Positions 12,536 to 22,952 of a stretch of 64,000 bases of DNA are shown here, one piece after another. How positions within the stretch are numbered: the first letter of the stretch is position 1; the number at the start of each line of letters is the position of its first letter. The position numbers were made by a program, and so were the translations under genes. The notes under the pieces are model-generated. The model was not told where the DNA came from, did not search any database, and saw only the letters and a list, made by a program, of their open reading frames with translations. Source of the stretch: Camelus dromedarius (Eukaryota); assembly GCF_036321535.1 (NCBI RefSeq), contig NC_087436.1, positions 91,824,001-91,888,000 on the forward strand, written 5' to 3'.

Positions 12536-13169
12536 TGAGACAGGAAGGGGGCAGGGCACAGCCAGTCAAGGAAAGATACAGCAGTTAACATCAAAATGGT
12601 GGAAGACTCAGCCCCCAGCAGGCCTTGAGGGTCAAGATGGGAGGAGATTTGACTTCGAGCAGATCTTGAGTTTCATTATAGCTCATTGTAATATATTAGC
12701 GTGGTGAATAACACGCCCACAGGCACCACGGCAGTCCCAAGGCTAGCCACAAGAGATCAAAGGGTGGGCAATGGCCAGCTTCCTGGGAATCCCAGCTGCT
12801 GCCCCAGGCTAGTTAGACTGCTCCTTCCACTTATTAGCGTATGAAGCCACCAAGCCCATGAAAACTGGCAACAGGGTGCCTCGCTGCCACTGCCCTCTCT
12901 CTCTCCCTCTTGGGAGATGGCCCACATTCTGTCTATGGAGTGTGTACTTAGTTTTAATCTGAGCACCCAAACCCCCACACCTCGGGGCCTTTCTCTTGCC
13001 TTTCAATGTATCTCTCTGAATAAACCTACCTTTACTCAACTGTGGCTCGCTCTTGAATTCTTTCCTGTGTGAAGCCAAGGACCCACACTTGTCAGGGCAC
13101 ATTCCAGGGGCTCAGCTGAAGCCTAGTACACAGCCCTCCTCACGCCCCACATCCGTTTTTCCTGCATCA
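12536..13169 (+). mobile_element. MER41-like ERV1 solo LTR
   Basis: TGAGACAGG...CCTGCATCA with AATAAA at about 13019. Motifs 'gctcattgtaatatattagc', 'ttcctgggaa', 'ctgtctatggag' and 'ctcgctcttgaattctttcctg' parallel MER41. It is the inverted homologue of 10434-11465. Confidence 0.85.
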
Positions 13170-15734
13170 TCATGTTTGTCTTACAGCAGCTTGACTTTTG
13201 GACTGTCCCATAGAAATATCTGTTCTGTGGCTGGGCAAGAACTGTTATGGTGATTAATGTCTAACACCTATAACTTACACTGTATATTATGAAAGTCACT
13301 CCAACTAGTTAAACAGCACCTTAACTGGGAATAACTACATTTGAAATTATTGTGACATGTCATCTCTGATTATCAAAATAAAAATATAACACTATGTCCA
13401 ATATTCAGTGAAGTAAGAGAAATTGTAACTCATGATTAAAATTCATTTAAATTAGAGAGTCTTTCTTAAACAAACTTGAAAGTGGCATTTTGTTTCACTT
13501 GTCTCTGTGAAAATTCTTTTCAAAACTAACAGAAAAAGAAATACTTTCAAATAACATTTTTTATCTTCAAAAAAAGTAAAATGTGGTTAACTTACAGTGT
13601 CTATAACTTCTTAAGCCCTATGTCAACAGCTTACACAATTCTGTCTTGTGAAACAGAATGTTGAACATTTATTAGATTTTTCCTTGAAGCATGAAATTTA
13701 CATTTATCTCCAAGATTTTTTTTTTTTAATTGCTAGGCTTGTTTTGATGAAAAACTTTCACCCTGTTTCGCCACCCCCAACTTTTTTTTTTTTTTTTTTT
13801 TTTTGCAGTATATCATATTCTTGAATTTTCAATACAGGCACTTTTATAAAAACTCCATTTATTTCATCTCAAGTCATTTGGACACAAGATGTCATCGGTT
13901 CTCCTACAGTGGGATTTTGATTTATCACCAGATTAATCTGCTGAAACCTGAAGTGCCAGCCTGAACAAGAGGCTCACATCTCAACACTATATTCAACTCA
14001 AACAGTAAGAGTTAGAGGTTTCAATAGGCAGACATTGGAACTCACCACATCCATAAATGTCCATCTAAAATACGATTTATTGCTGAACACATAGTCTCCT
14101 GTCCACCAGTTCCTATTCAACATGTAGTCTCATTCATGAGCAATCTCAAAAGCTATGTCTTTAAATAGATAAAGTGTGTTTATCTATGACTTTTCTACTT
14201 GTAAAGTTATATATGTATGTTTCTGCTATCAAGTCATTTGAATGGATTTATAGTATCTTTAGAAGTCACTCATGGATTAAACTGCCACTCATATTTTCAA
14301 ATATGTAGTATGCAACATTTTTTGAATACATGAAACACACGTTCATGGTAACACTGTTTATCTTAAAAGACTTTCAAGTAAACTGAGTAAGTTGAGATTT
14401 GGTTCAAATTCTTTATTTAACATTCAACACTTTTTACAGTCTGGCTCCAACATAACTTTTAAGACTTATTTCCTATAATTCTTTTGAGTTTACAATTAAT
14501 TTTATTTAAACCAGTCCATTTGTGATCCCCTTAAAAACTTCGCAGTCCCCCCCCAACTGCTTTTACCCTCACTCTTCTCCCATCAAGTAATCTACTTTCC
14601 TTCTTTATGTTTAATTAAATTTTACACATATTTCAAGATCTACATCTATTTCCAGCTCTTTGAGTTGTCCTTTTTTATCATCTAAAGTGAAGTTATCTCT
14701 ACTTTCTCTGAAAAACCATCTAAATATTATATCCATAGATAAAACATTGTATTTGTCTGTTGGGGATGTTATTTAAAATAATATGGAAAAATTTTGACCA
14801 ATTTAGGTGCTTTGTCTATGATGGGCTGCTTGTTATATAGACAATATCTCCTACACAAAGTTTAGGACTTCTCAGAAACCTTCCCTAAGGAATAGTCTGT
14901 CATCCTCTAAAGCAGCTGAGAGTGGAGTATTGATTTGCACCAGTACTGGAGGATATGTGAAGTTTGGTCTAACTTCCAGGCTGTGTGGCATATGGAAGTT
15001 AACTATGAACCAGAAGGTAGGGGTACTTTAAAGAGTTATGCAGTAATTCCCCTGGACAGCTAGAATGAAAGTATAAAAAGTTCTTGTGTTACAGGTGTGA
15101 CATTGATGTTAGGATACCATGGACAGAGAAAACATAATGATTGCCAAAATGGTTTCAAATGTTCAGATCATAAGACACAAACATAGATGTTCTGAACTGG
15201 AGGAAGAGAGTAGTAACTGAGCTGTTTCTCACACAGAAAACTCTATCTGGCATTGAGAAACAGAGGGAATTATTTATTTGATCTTGGTTACAATTGAGGA
15301 GATCAACAGCAATGTATATATTTTCCAATTACACAAGTATACTATACTAAAATACTGCTTCTATTTTTTTCTTGAATAATTAATGTATACTCATTGAATT
15401 TCTGATGGCTCTCTATTTTGCTTTTCAAGTATATTGTACTTTATTAAGGGGGTATACCCTCTGAGAGCAGTGATATGAACAGAATAGGTGTGTAGAATCA
15501 CTGACTAGTTAAAATATTTCCATTAGGAAAATACCTAGTTTAAGAAAGAATTAAATCGGTATTGGTTTGGGAAGAACACATAAAAAGATCCATTTATTCA
15601 TCTACTCTACAAACACATTAAAAGTGTATCGTATGCCACTCACTTTGTTAAGACCTGAGATAAAAATTTGTTTTTAACGTAGTAGCCCAACTCAGTCTCT
15701 CCATTTGTAAAATAGAGAGGGTATTTACCTCTCC

Positions 15735-16350
15735 GTTAGTTTTCAATAGTGGCCTTAACAAATTACCACAAGCTTAACAGCTTAAACAATAGAAATTTAT
15801 CTTACAGTTCCCCAGGTCAGAAGTTTAACATGATCTCACCAGCCTAAATAACAACAAAGTGTCAGCTGGACTGTGCTCCTTTCTGGAGGCTCTGGGTGTC
15901 AGCTGGACTGTGCTCCTTTCTGGAGGCTCTGGGTGTCAGCTGGACTGTGCTCCTTTCTGGAGGCTCTGGGAAGAATCTGTGTCCTTGCTCTTTCAGGTTT
16001 CTTAGAAGAATTCAGTTCCTTGAAATATCAAACTGAGGTCTCCACCTCCTGGCTGGTTGCCTGCTGAGGGTTATTCCCAGCATTTAAAAGTAGCTGCATT
16101 CCTTGGCTCATGGTCGTCTTCCTCCATCTTCAAAGGCAGCAACCTAGGTTGAGTCCCTCCAGCTTCTTCTCCCTTAGTCGCATCTCTCTGACTCGCCATT
16201 CCACTTCCAAAAGCCCTTCCAGATAATCCAGGATTATCTGCCTATTTAAGATCTTTAACTCTACCTCCTTCTGCAAGTCCCTTCTGCCTTCCAGGTCACT
16301 ATGGTTACAGTGGTTAGAGGATGCAGACATCTTTGGCGGTCCATTATTTA
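15735..16350 (-). mobile_element. MaLR LTR, MLT1D-like
   Basis: 'aacaaattaccacaagcttaacagcttaaacaatagaaatttatcttacagttc...ctggaggctctgggaagaatc...cattccttggctcatgg...ctccatcttcaaag' are antisense MLT1 hallmarks. Confidence 0.8.
15859..15969. repeat. Perfect tandem repeat, 3 x 37 bp
   Basis: gtgtcagctggactgtgctcctttctggaggctctgg at 15859, 15896 and 15933, with no mismatches. Confidence 0.98.
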
Positions 16351-17193
16351 GGCTTCTTCATCCTCCCATGTGTATTATGAACGTGATGGGTGATTATTCA
16401 TACCAAGCACTCAGAGCACTGTATAGAAGACATGGAGAGCTCCACAACTAGTAGTTATCTGCTGCAGTCACTGGTGCTGTTACCATTACTATGATAATTT
16501 TCTCAAGGAGTTCAGATACCGGCAAGAAGCAATTGTAATGAAGCAGCAAAAAGAATCGGTATCTATGAGAAACAATCCAGCTATATACTTCAAGGCTAGA
16601 TGCATTTTAAACTAATCTACTCTACAATAACCCACATAAAAAGATATCCAGCCAAATGTTTTATTAGTGTTTAGCCATAATATGTGTATTCCTTAAGAAG
16701 GAAACACTGCTATTGGCAAGAATTGAGAATGAATATTTCCTGATCAAATTTTTTAACCTAACTATTCTTATTAGATTATTACAGTGAGAATTAGAGGACC
16801 AGCAAGTATGATAAAATCTGTCACATAGTCACATAGATACAGTCCCAGTATCAGACTCAATACAAAGAACATGCATCTGACTTAAGGTTGGTAATTATTA
16901 TTAGCGTAAAGATGACATAGCTTTTCCAAAATGCAAACCCTATCCATAAAAATGCAATGGAAGTTAAACAAGCGTAATTTACCCTCAATTTTATGGAAAA
17001 TACAGGGTCAATTTCACCAAGTTATGATATAAATTCTAATACATGGATTAGCTTTTGTGGAAACTAGAATATAGTCATAACTATTTTTTAGCCCCATCTT
17101 AAAGAAAAAAATAATGAATAAAGCACTTGAAGTTTCTAAGATTAACGCAAAGTCAGTGCTACCACAAGGAATGAGTGGAACAACAGATATTTC

Positions 17194-17238
17194 TTTTTTT
17201 TGAACATTTTTTTTATTGAGTTATAGTCATTTAACAAT
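17194..17238 (-). mobile_element. Extremely 5'-truncated L1 tail (about 45 bp)
   Basis: T-run + 'gaacattttttttattgagttatagtcatttaacaat' resembles the 3' ends of the L1 copies near 38530, 40400, 60430 and 63240. Confidence 0.55.
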
Positions 17239-18347
17239 CTATCTCTTATCAGCCACCTACTTTGGACAATCTCATCCACACAGCAAGAGGCCATTAGCCT
17301 CTGCCCAAACTTGCCCATATTTATAGATTGACTGACAAGATGAGGTGGCAATTCAGTCAATAACCTTTGACACAAATTCAGACAAATCTTGTGCTCCTCA
17401 CAATGACAAATTACTCTAGAAAATTAACTGTCGAAAGTGCAGCAATATGATGAAGATTGATTACTTTATTCTTGCAAGTCTGCTTTGAGTTGGAGTAACG
17501 GCCTCATTTGGACACAGATGGTACCTACAGGGAAGGACAGATCAAGTCTTCATCTCAGCTGAAAAGAAGAAGATGAATTTTCACGGGATAACAAGGGTGA
17601 TGATTCTTTTTCCCAGAAAAGGAGCTTGTGTTTTGTGAGTGCCTCTTTCAGATTATCTTTTACAGTCTCAGCAAAGAGGGAGATCGTATTTTTAAACATT
17701 TTGCCACCACTTCTGAATAAACTGCCTAAAGACAATTTTAGACACTTGCTACAACTTTTCTGAAAAGTAGAGTTTGTGAAACTTTCCTTCAACTTTTTAT
17801 ATCTTTTACTGACACAATGTAATGGTTTTAAATATTTAAAAATTTCACATAGTGTTTTCATAAAAGACTTAAAAAAGCATATATTAGATCTTAGATTTTT
17901 TTCTTCAAAGATTATAAACAATAGCCTACGGGCTAAATTCTATGAGGATTTTAAATCTTTCCTATCCTTTCCAGATAGGTGTGTTGGAAGGGATATTAAC
18001 CACTTCAAGCAAAAAGATCAGTAAAATTGCTGTTTTAGTTTCCACAGTCTATTATTTATTTGATTTTACATCAACACTTCCTATTGCCAAGTGCCTTATA
18101 AAAAGATATTCTTTTATAGAAATATTTAAAATTATATTGCATCTCCCTTCAAAGTAACTGGAAGCTTAATCAAGCATCACCAAAGCAGGCCTGAAGTTAT
18201 TGCTCTAAAGAATTATTCCCAGAGGGCAGTTGCCCCATTAGAAGACCTACAAAAAAGGGGGGGGGGGCTTGGAATAAGATGAGATGAGAGTCTAAAAATC
18301 TTGCATAATGGAGGGTCGGCTGTGAGGAAGATCCAAAGTCAAGAGCA

Positions 18348-18397
18348 GGGTAGGGGGACACGGGGGACATGAGGGACATGGGGGACATGGATACATG
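18348..18397 (+). repeat. G-rich (GGGGACAT-like) short tandem repeat with G-quadruplex potential
   Basis: gggtagggggacacgggggacatgagggacatgggggacatggatacatg contains five runs of three or more G with loops of 2-6 nt. Confidence 0.7.
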
Positions 18398-18884
18398 ATA
18401 GCTCCAGCGTGTATCTGTAGGAACACTGCAGAACCAGATATGGTGGGGAAGAGCCTTCAAGTATGCAAAGCAGGATGTGTGCCACAATTCACGAGAGGCA
18501 AACTCTTCAAATAAAGAAACCTGGCACTGTTGTTACCCTACGCATCTTAACTAATTAATCAAAAGAGCCAGGATCAAAGAATCAAAGGATCTTCTCAATC
18601 TTTCTTTCAAAGAGAAGAAGAAATGCAGCAATGATCATCAGAGTGCATGGAATCATGTAGTTAAAACATCTGCATGCCCGACTGCCTCTGACCAGGCTGT
18701 TTTGGCAAAATGTGAGACTAGTGGGTATTTGCGTGCAGCTATTAGAGAACTAATATGCTGTGATGACTACTAGCCATAATAGAAGAAATCACTGAAGACC
18801 CAGCAGTTTCTCCATCTCTTTATTTGATCATTTCTTATCAAATCAAGTGAGGCAATAGAATAGTACAACATTGCCCCAAACTAG

Positions 18885-19020
18885 AGTGGTTGAACAAAAG
18901 GGTCATCTGCTAGTTTTACAAACTGGAGGATAGCAGGCTTACTCCCTGGAGATTCTGATTCAGTAGGATTGAATCGGGGGGTCCAGTATTTTCAACAGAC
19001 GCCTAAGTGAGTCTTATTAT
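18885..19020. mobile_element. MER5-like hAT MITE remnant
   Basis: 'ctccctggagattctgattcagtaggattgaatcggggg...attttcaacagacgcctaagtgagtctt' matches the MER5 core. Confidence 0.5.
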
Positions 19021-19064
19021 TTGGCATGTGTTTACTAGTCATTTGGCAGCTTTTATTATACTGG

Positions 19065-19290
19065 CCTAGAGCATGGGTTCAAGAGTCAGATGGATGTGGC
19101 TCTTTTAAATACCAGGTTCATTACATGGGGAAAAATGATTGCCTTTGATTTATACCCCAACTTCTTGATTTAAAAATGAGAATAATCACAGTACTTGTCT
19201 ACTTGCCTTAAGTAGGTAATTTGTGGAAGGTGCTTGGCCCATTACTTGGAGTAAAATAAACCCTGAATAAAATGCTAAGACTGTTACCAT
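19065..19290 (+). mobile_element. MIR SINE (degraded)
   Basis: 'agagcatgggttcaagagtcagatgga...aaaaatgagaataatcacagtac...ggaaggtgcttggccc...aataaaatgcta'. Confidence 0.5.
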
Positions 19291-19924
19291 CATCATTTAG
19301 TTCAGTTATTATGCTGTTCATGCTATTGATGACCTGACGTCATGTCTTTTAATTTTTCCTTAGAGACCATCTACTACCTTCAAGGCAAAAGCACAATGCG
19401 AGATTGGAGGGTTTTAATGTTCTCTTCTTTCCTTTTCCATTCTAATTCACTCCTTCATGGTGAGTGTTTTTAGAAGAGAGTGATAAAATGTATCAGTGAT
19501 AAAATGTATCAGTACAAACACATGTTTTGATATGTTTGTATCAATACAAATACCAAACTCTCCATATACACTACTGGTAAATTTGAGGGTCATTAGAACT
19601 ATAAAAAATAATCATTTGCTTCACAAAATAATTCCTCAGAAGAGTTCTTTGAGTAACAAGTGTCAAAAGGCTTTCAAAAAGTGTTGATTTACAGAAAGTA
19701 GATTTACATAGATCTTCTCTGAAACACAGATACTGTATAAATTGAGGCATCCCAGAAGGTAATCAAGACCCAGATTTCATCATCACCAACTTAGCTGATG
19801 GCCCACGTTATCCACTTTCGATAAAATTCTTATTATCATAGTTAACCACAGGGTTAGGCAAAATTTGTACTGCAAGACATCTTAAGAAACATAGTGTTAG
19901 ACATGACATTTGAGGGCACACTAT

Positions 19925-20180
19925 CTTTGCTCTGGAGTTAGCAGACTTAAGTTTCAGTCCCAAGGTTTGTTACTTTCTAGATGAGTGGTTTTGGTAAATT
20001 TATATAACTTCTTTAGTTTCAGTTTCCTCATCTGTAAAACAGAGTTAATAGTAGTATATCAAAGGATTATACATATTAAGACAAAGACATTAAATGAGAT
20101 TATTATAAGGTAATGTATAAAATACATAGCATAGACCCTGACACATAGTAAACGAGCAGTTTTTCAATAAATGCGTGTTA
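19925..20180 (+). mobile_element. MIR SINE
   Basis: 'ctctggagttagcagacttaagtttcagtccc...cagtttcctcatctgtaaaacagagttaatagtagta...ttaaatgaga...cctgacacatagtaa'. Confidence 0.75.
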
Positions 20181-20633
20181 GGTAAGTAACAGGTATTTTG
20201 CAAAAGAAAGAACAGAAACTTTCAATTAAAAGTGGCAGATCGAGAATGCATATTTAGCTGTTCTTTCTCCCTAAACCTCACTTAAATGAAAATAAATGGA
20301 TGGTGTTTTTTGGGAAAAAAAAAAAAAAAAAAAAAAAGGTACAAATTCCCAAAGGGAAAAGAAAAAATAAAGGAATAGGAAATATTTTAGAATTTTTATT
20401 TACACACTTTGTATATGAATACATTTTAGAAGACAGAAAGGAAATGGATGTATGATAACTGACTTAGCAGATCAAAGGAGGCTGAATCTTTAGTTGGCAG
20501 GGATAAATCCAAGAAATACTCAAATTCGCATCTCAGAGCTGCAGAGGTTTTTATACATCTGAAAAGAGTCATTAAAGTTGGTCTAAAAATAGGAAGATTG
20601 GTTAAAAAAAAGCTTAAAGTTACAATAAGAAGT

Positions 20634-21200
20634 TATGGTGTTTTCATAATATGGTCAAAAATTCTTTGAAAGTCATCCTGTCAAGAAGTGAGCCATGTGT
20701 GCCCACCCCTTGAACTGGGGCAGGTTTGTGACTGTTTCCACCCATACAGTTCAGCAAGAGCAACACCAAGTGGCTTCTGGTGTTAGGTTACAAAAAGTCG
20801 TACACCTTCTGCCTTGTTCACCAGAATACATGCTCTCAAAGCTGCGTCAGAGAGTCAACAACCTTGAAACTGCTGTGATGGGAAGATGGGTAGGCGTTCT
20901 CGATGACAGTTTCAGCTGAGTCCCACTTCAGGCACCTCCATCAGGGCCATGATTGAAGAAAGTATCTTGTATCTGGATTTTCCAAACACAGCTGTTCTGT
21001 CTCCCAATCATTTGTGTCACTCCCAGTCATTTATGCTACCCTCACTGATGCCCCAAGTATCATGGAAGAAGAAGAGCCATCATCTTGTGCCCTTCCTTAA
21101 TTTCCACAAAATCTATGAGTATAATGAAATAGTTGTTATTGTATATTGCTTAGTTTTGAGGAAAGGGTGGGATTGTTAAGCAGAAATAGATAACTGGAAA
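20634..21200 (+). mobile_element. MaLR LTR, MLT1G/H-like
   Basis: 'aaattctttgaa...tcaagaagtg...cccttgaactggggcaggtttgtgactg' 5' part and 'tagttttgag...ttgttaagcagaaatagataactggaa' 3' end. Confidence 0.7.
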
Positions 21201-22252
21201 ATGGATCCACACTAGGCAAAGAGCCCCAGAGAGTTCTTTTCTGTGCTGATACCTGGGGAACTCCCTTTGCCAAGACCCAGTAATTCACTAGTGGGTAAAA
21301 CAGTTTCTCTAATATTAGAGAGGATATCAGTCATAATTTGAGAACAGAAATACTACACAAAAAACAGAGAATGCATGAAATTGTACATAATAAATCTTAA
21401 GATTACCAGCATTCTAACTTCACTTAGCACACAAATCTGGCAGCTAAGATGCACCTTCCAATACTGTATCTTAGAAAAGTCTTATCTTAGAAATCTGATT
21501 AAACCAAGAGAAAAGACTTAAACATACTAACACCAGGAGGTTCCAGATAATATAAAACAATGAAGACTCAGTCAACAAACCTTACTGACAAACACAAAAT
21601 TTCCAAGCATTCTTTTATTACATCATTCTTACATAAGAAGTTAGTTAATAATTATTTGAGCAAAGCAAACTATCAGAGGGGAAATGAGTCAAATGAAATA
21701 GCAACTATCTAGGAAGATAAAAACTTGGTAAATAAATAAAACCCTCATTATCATTAATATCCAGAGATAACACAAGATGATGCATTCATGAAATAGAATG
21801 CTATAAAAATAACATTATGAAAATGTCTAAACTCTTAGAAATATGATAGCAGAAATAAAAAGTTCAATAGAAGGGTTTGAAAATAAGGTTTAAGAAATCT
21901 CTCATAAGAATAGGCAAAAGAATATAAGTGGAAAGGTAGAAGATCTTGGTGATCCACAATAAAAAAAAATTATAAAGTTCAAAAAATAAATGAAATTAAA
22001 ACAATCCAAGAAAACTACCCAAACTGAATATATGTTATAAAAAGAACATCCCAAAGAATGTGCAGCCTAACAGATGCAAACAGACCCATCTAAGGCTCAT
22101 CATTGTGAAAATTAAGAACACTGGAAATAAAGGGGAAAAAAATTTAATTTTGGAGATCATGATAAAGAAATACAGGGCAAGGTAAAGAAAAAAATAGGTT
22201 TATATAAAAGATTCAGATTAAAATAGCAGTAAATTTCTCACTGGGAACACTG

Positions 22253-22793
22253 TGTATTAACTAGCTATTGCTGCATAACAAATTATCCTCAAAGTTAGCA
22301 GCTTAAAACAACAAACATTTATTATCTCACAATTTCTATGAGTCAGGAGTCTGGGAGTGACTTAGCTGGGTACTTCTAGCTCAGTTAGGGTGTGTCTGGG
22401 ACTATGGTCATCTCAAGGATCAATTAGAGGAGGATCTGCTTCCACATTCACTCATGAGGTTGTTGACTAGCTTCAGGTCCTTGCTAGCTGCTGACTATAG
22501 ACACTAGTCCCTTGTCAAGTGGGCCTCACCATAGAGCCGTTCAAAACATGGAAGCTTGATTCTCTCTGCAAGAGAGCAAAACAGTGAGAGAGGGAGAGAA
22601 TGAATGCTCTAAGCAGAAACCAGTCTTTTTATCCAGTGTCAATGACATCTCACAACTTCTGCCACATTCTATTCATTAGAAGTGAATCTACACTCAAGAG
22701 AACTACCTACACTCAACAGGAGAGGACTACAAGAGGATGTGAATACCAGGAGATGGAGACCACTTGGTGCCATTTTAGAGGCCGCCTGCCACA
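22253..22793 (-). mobile_element. MaLR LTR, MLT1F-like
   Basis: TGTATT...CCACA termini with 5-bp flanks cactg/caatg (1 mismatch). Contains 'gcttaaaacaacaaacatttattatctcac...cttagctggg...acttctgccacattctattcattagaag...gtgaataccaggag'. Confidence 0.8.
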
Positions 22794-22952
22794 CAATGGG
22801 AGTTAGAATACAATCAAACGATGGTTAAAAATTGAAAGGAAATAAATTTCTCCAAGCTACCATTCTGTGCCCAAACTAATAATTATGCATGAACACAGAA
22901 TAAAAGCATTTTCAGACTTTGAAGTTCTCTAATTTTACCCTGCACACCACCG

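Larger units (their letters stand above)
20222..22950 (+). mobile_element. Ancient HAL1/L1M 5' UTR-ORF1 remnant, interrupted by two MLT1 LTRs
   Basis: A-rich sense strand with ORF1-like segments 'atgatagcagaaataaaaagttcaatagaagggtttgaaaataag', 'catcattgtgaaaattaagaacactgg' and 'agaataaaagcattttcagac'. The sequence resumes after the MLT1 at 22793. Confidence 0.55.

Noticed and set aside
10451..13102. Similar peptides QLSKGRFVQRDT and QLSKGRFIQRDT in two ORFs as paralogous genes
   Set aside because: Both are translations of the same antisense LTR segment in two related LTR copies.
13782..13804. Long polyT/polyA tracts (also near 20315, 37544, 55334 and 62993) as retrocopy tails
   Set aside because: No adjacent processed-gene body or TSD is visible, so they are treated as simple homopolymers.
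15859..15969. 37-bp repeats as a CRISPR array
   Set aside because: The units are directly adjacent with no spacers, lie in an MLT1 LTR in mammalian DNA, and there are no cas genes.
17550..17921. 123-aa minus-strand ORF
   Set aside because: Its K/F/L/S-rich composition is typical of AT-rich non-coding DNA, with no recognisable domain or convincing splice boundaries.
19479..19513. Perfect 16-bp tandem duplication agtgataaaatgtatc
   Set aside because: An ordinary slippage duplication with no further structure.
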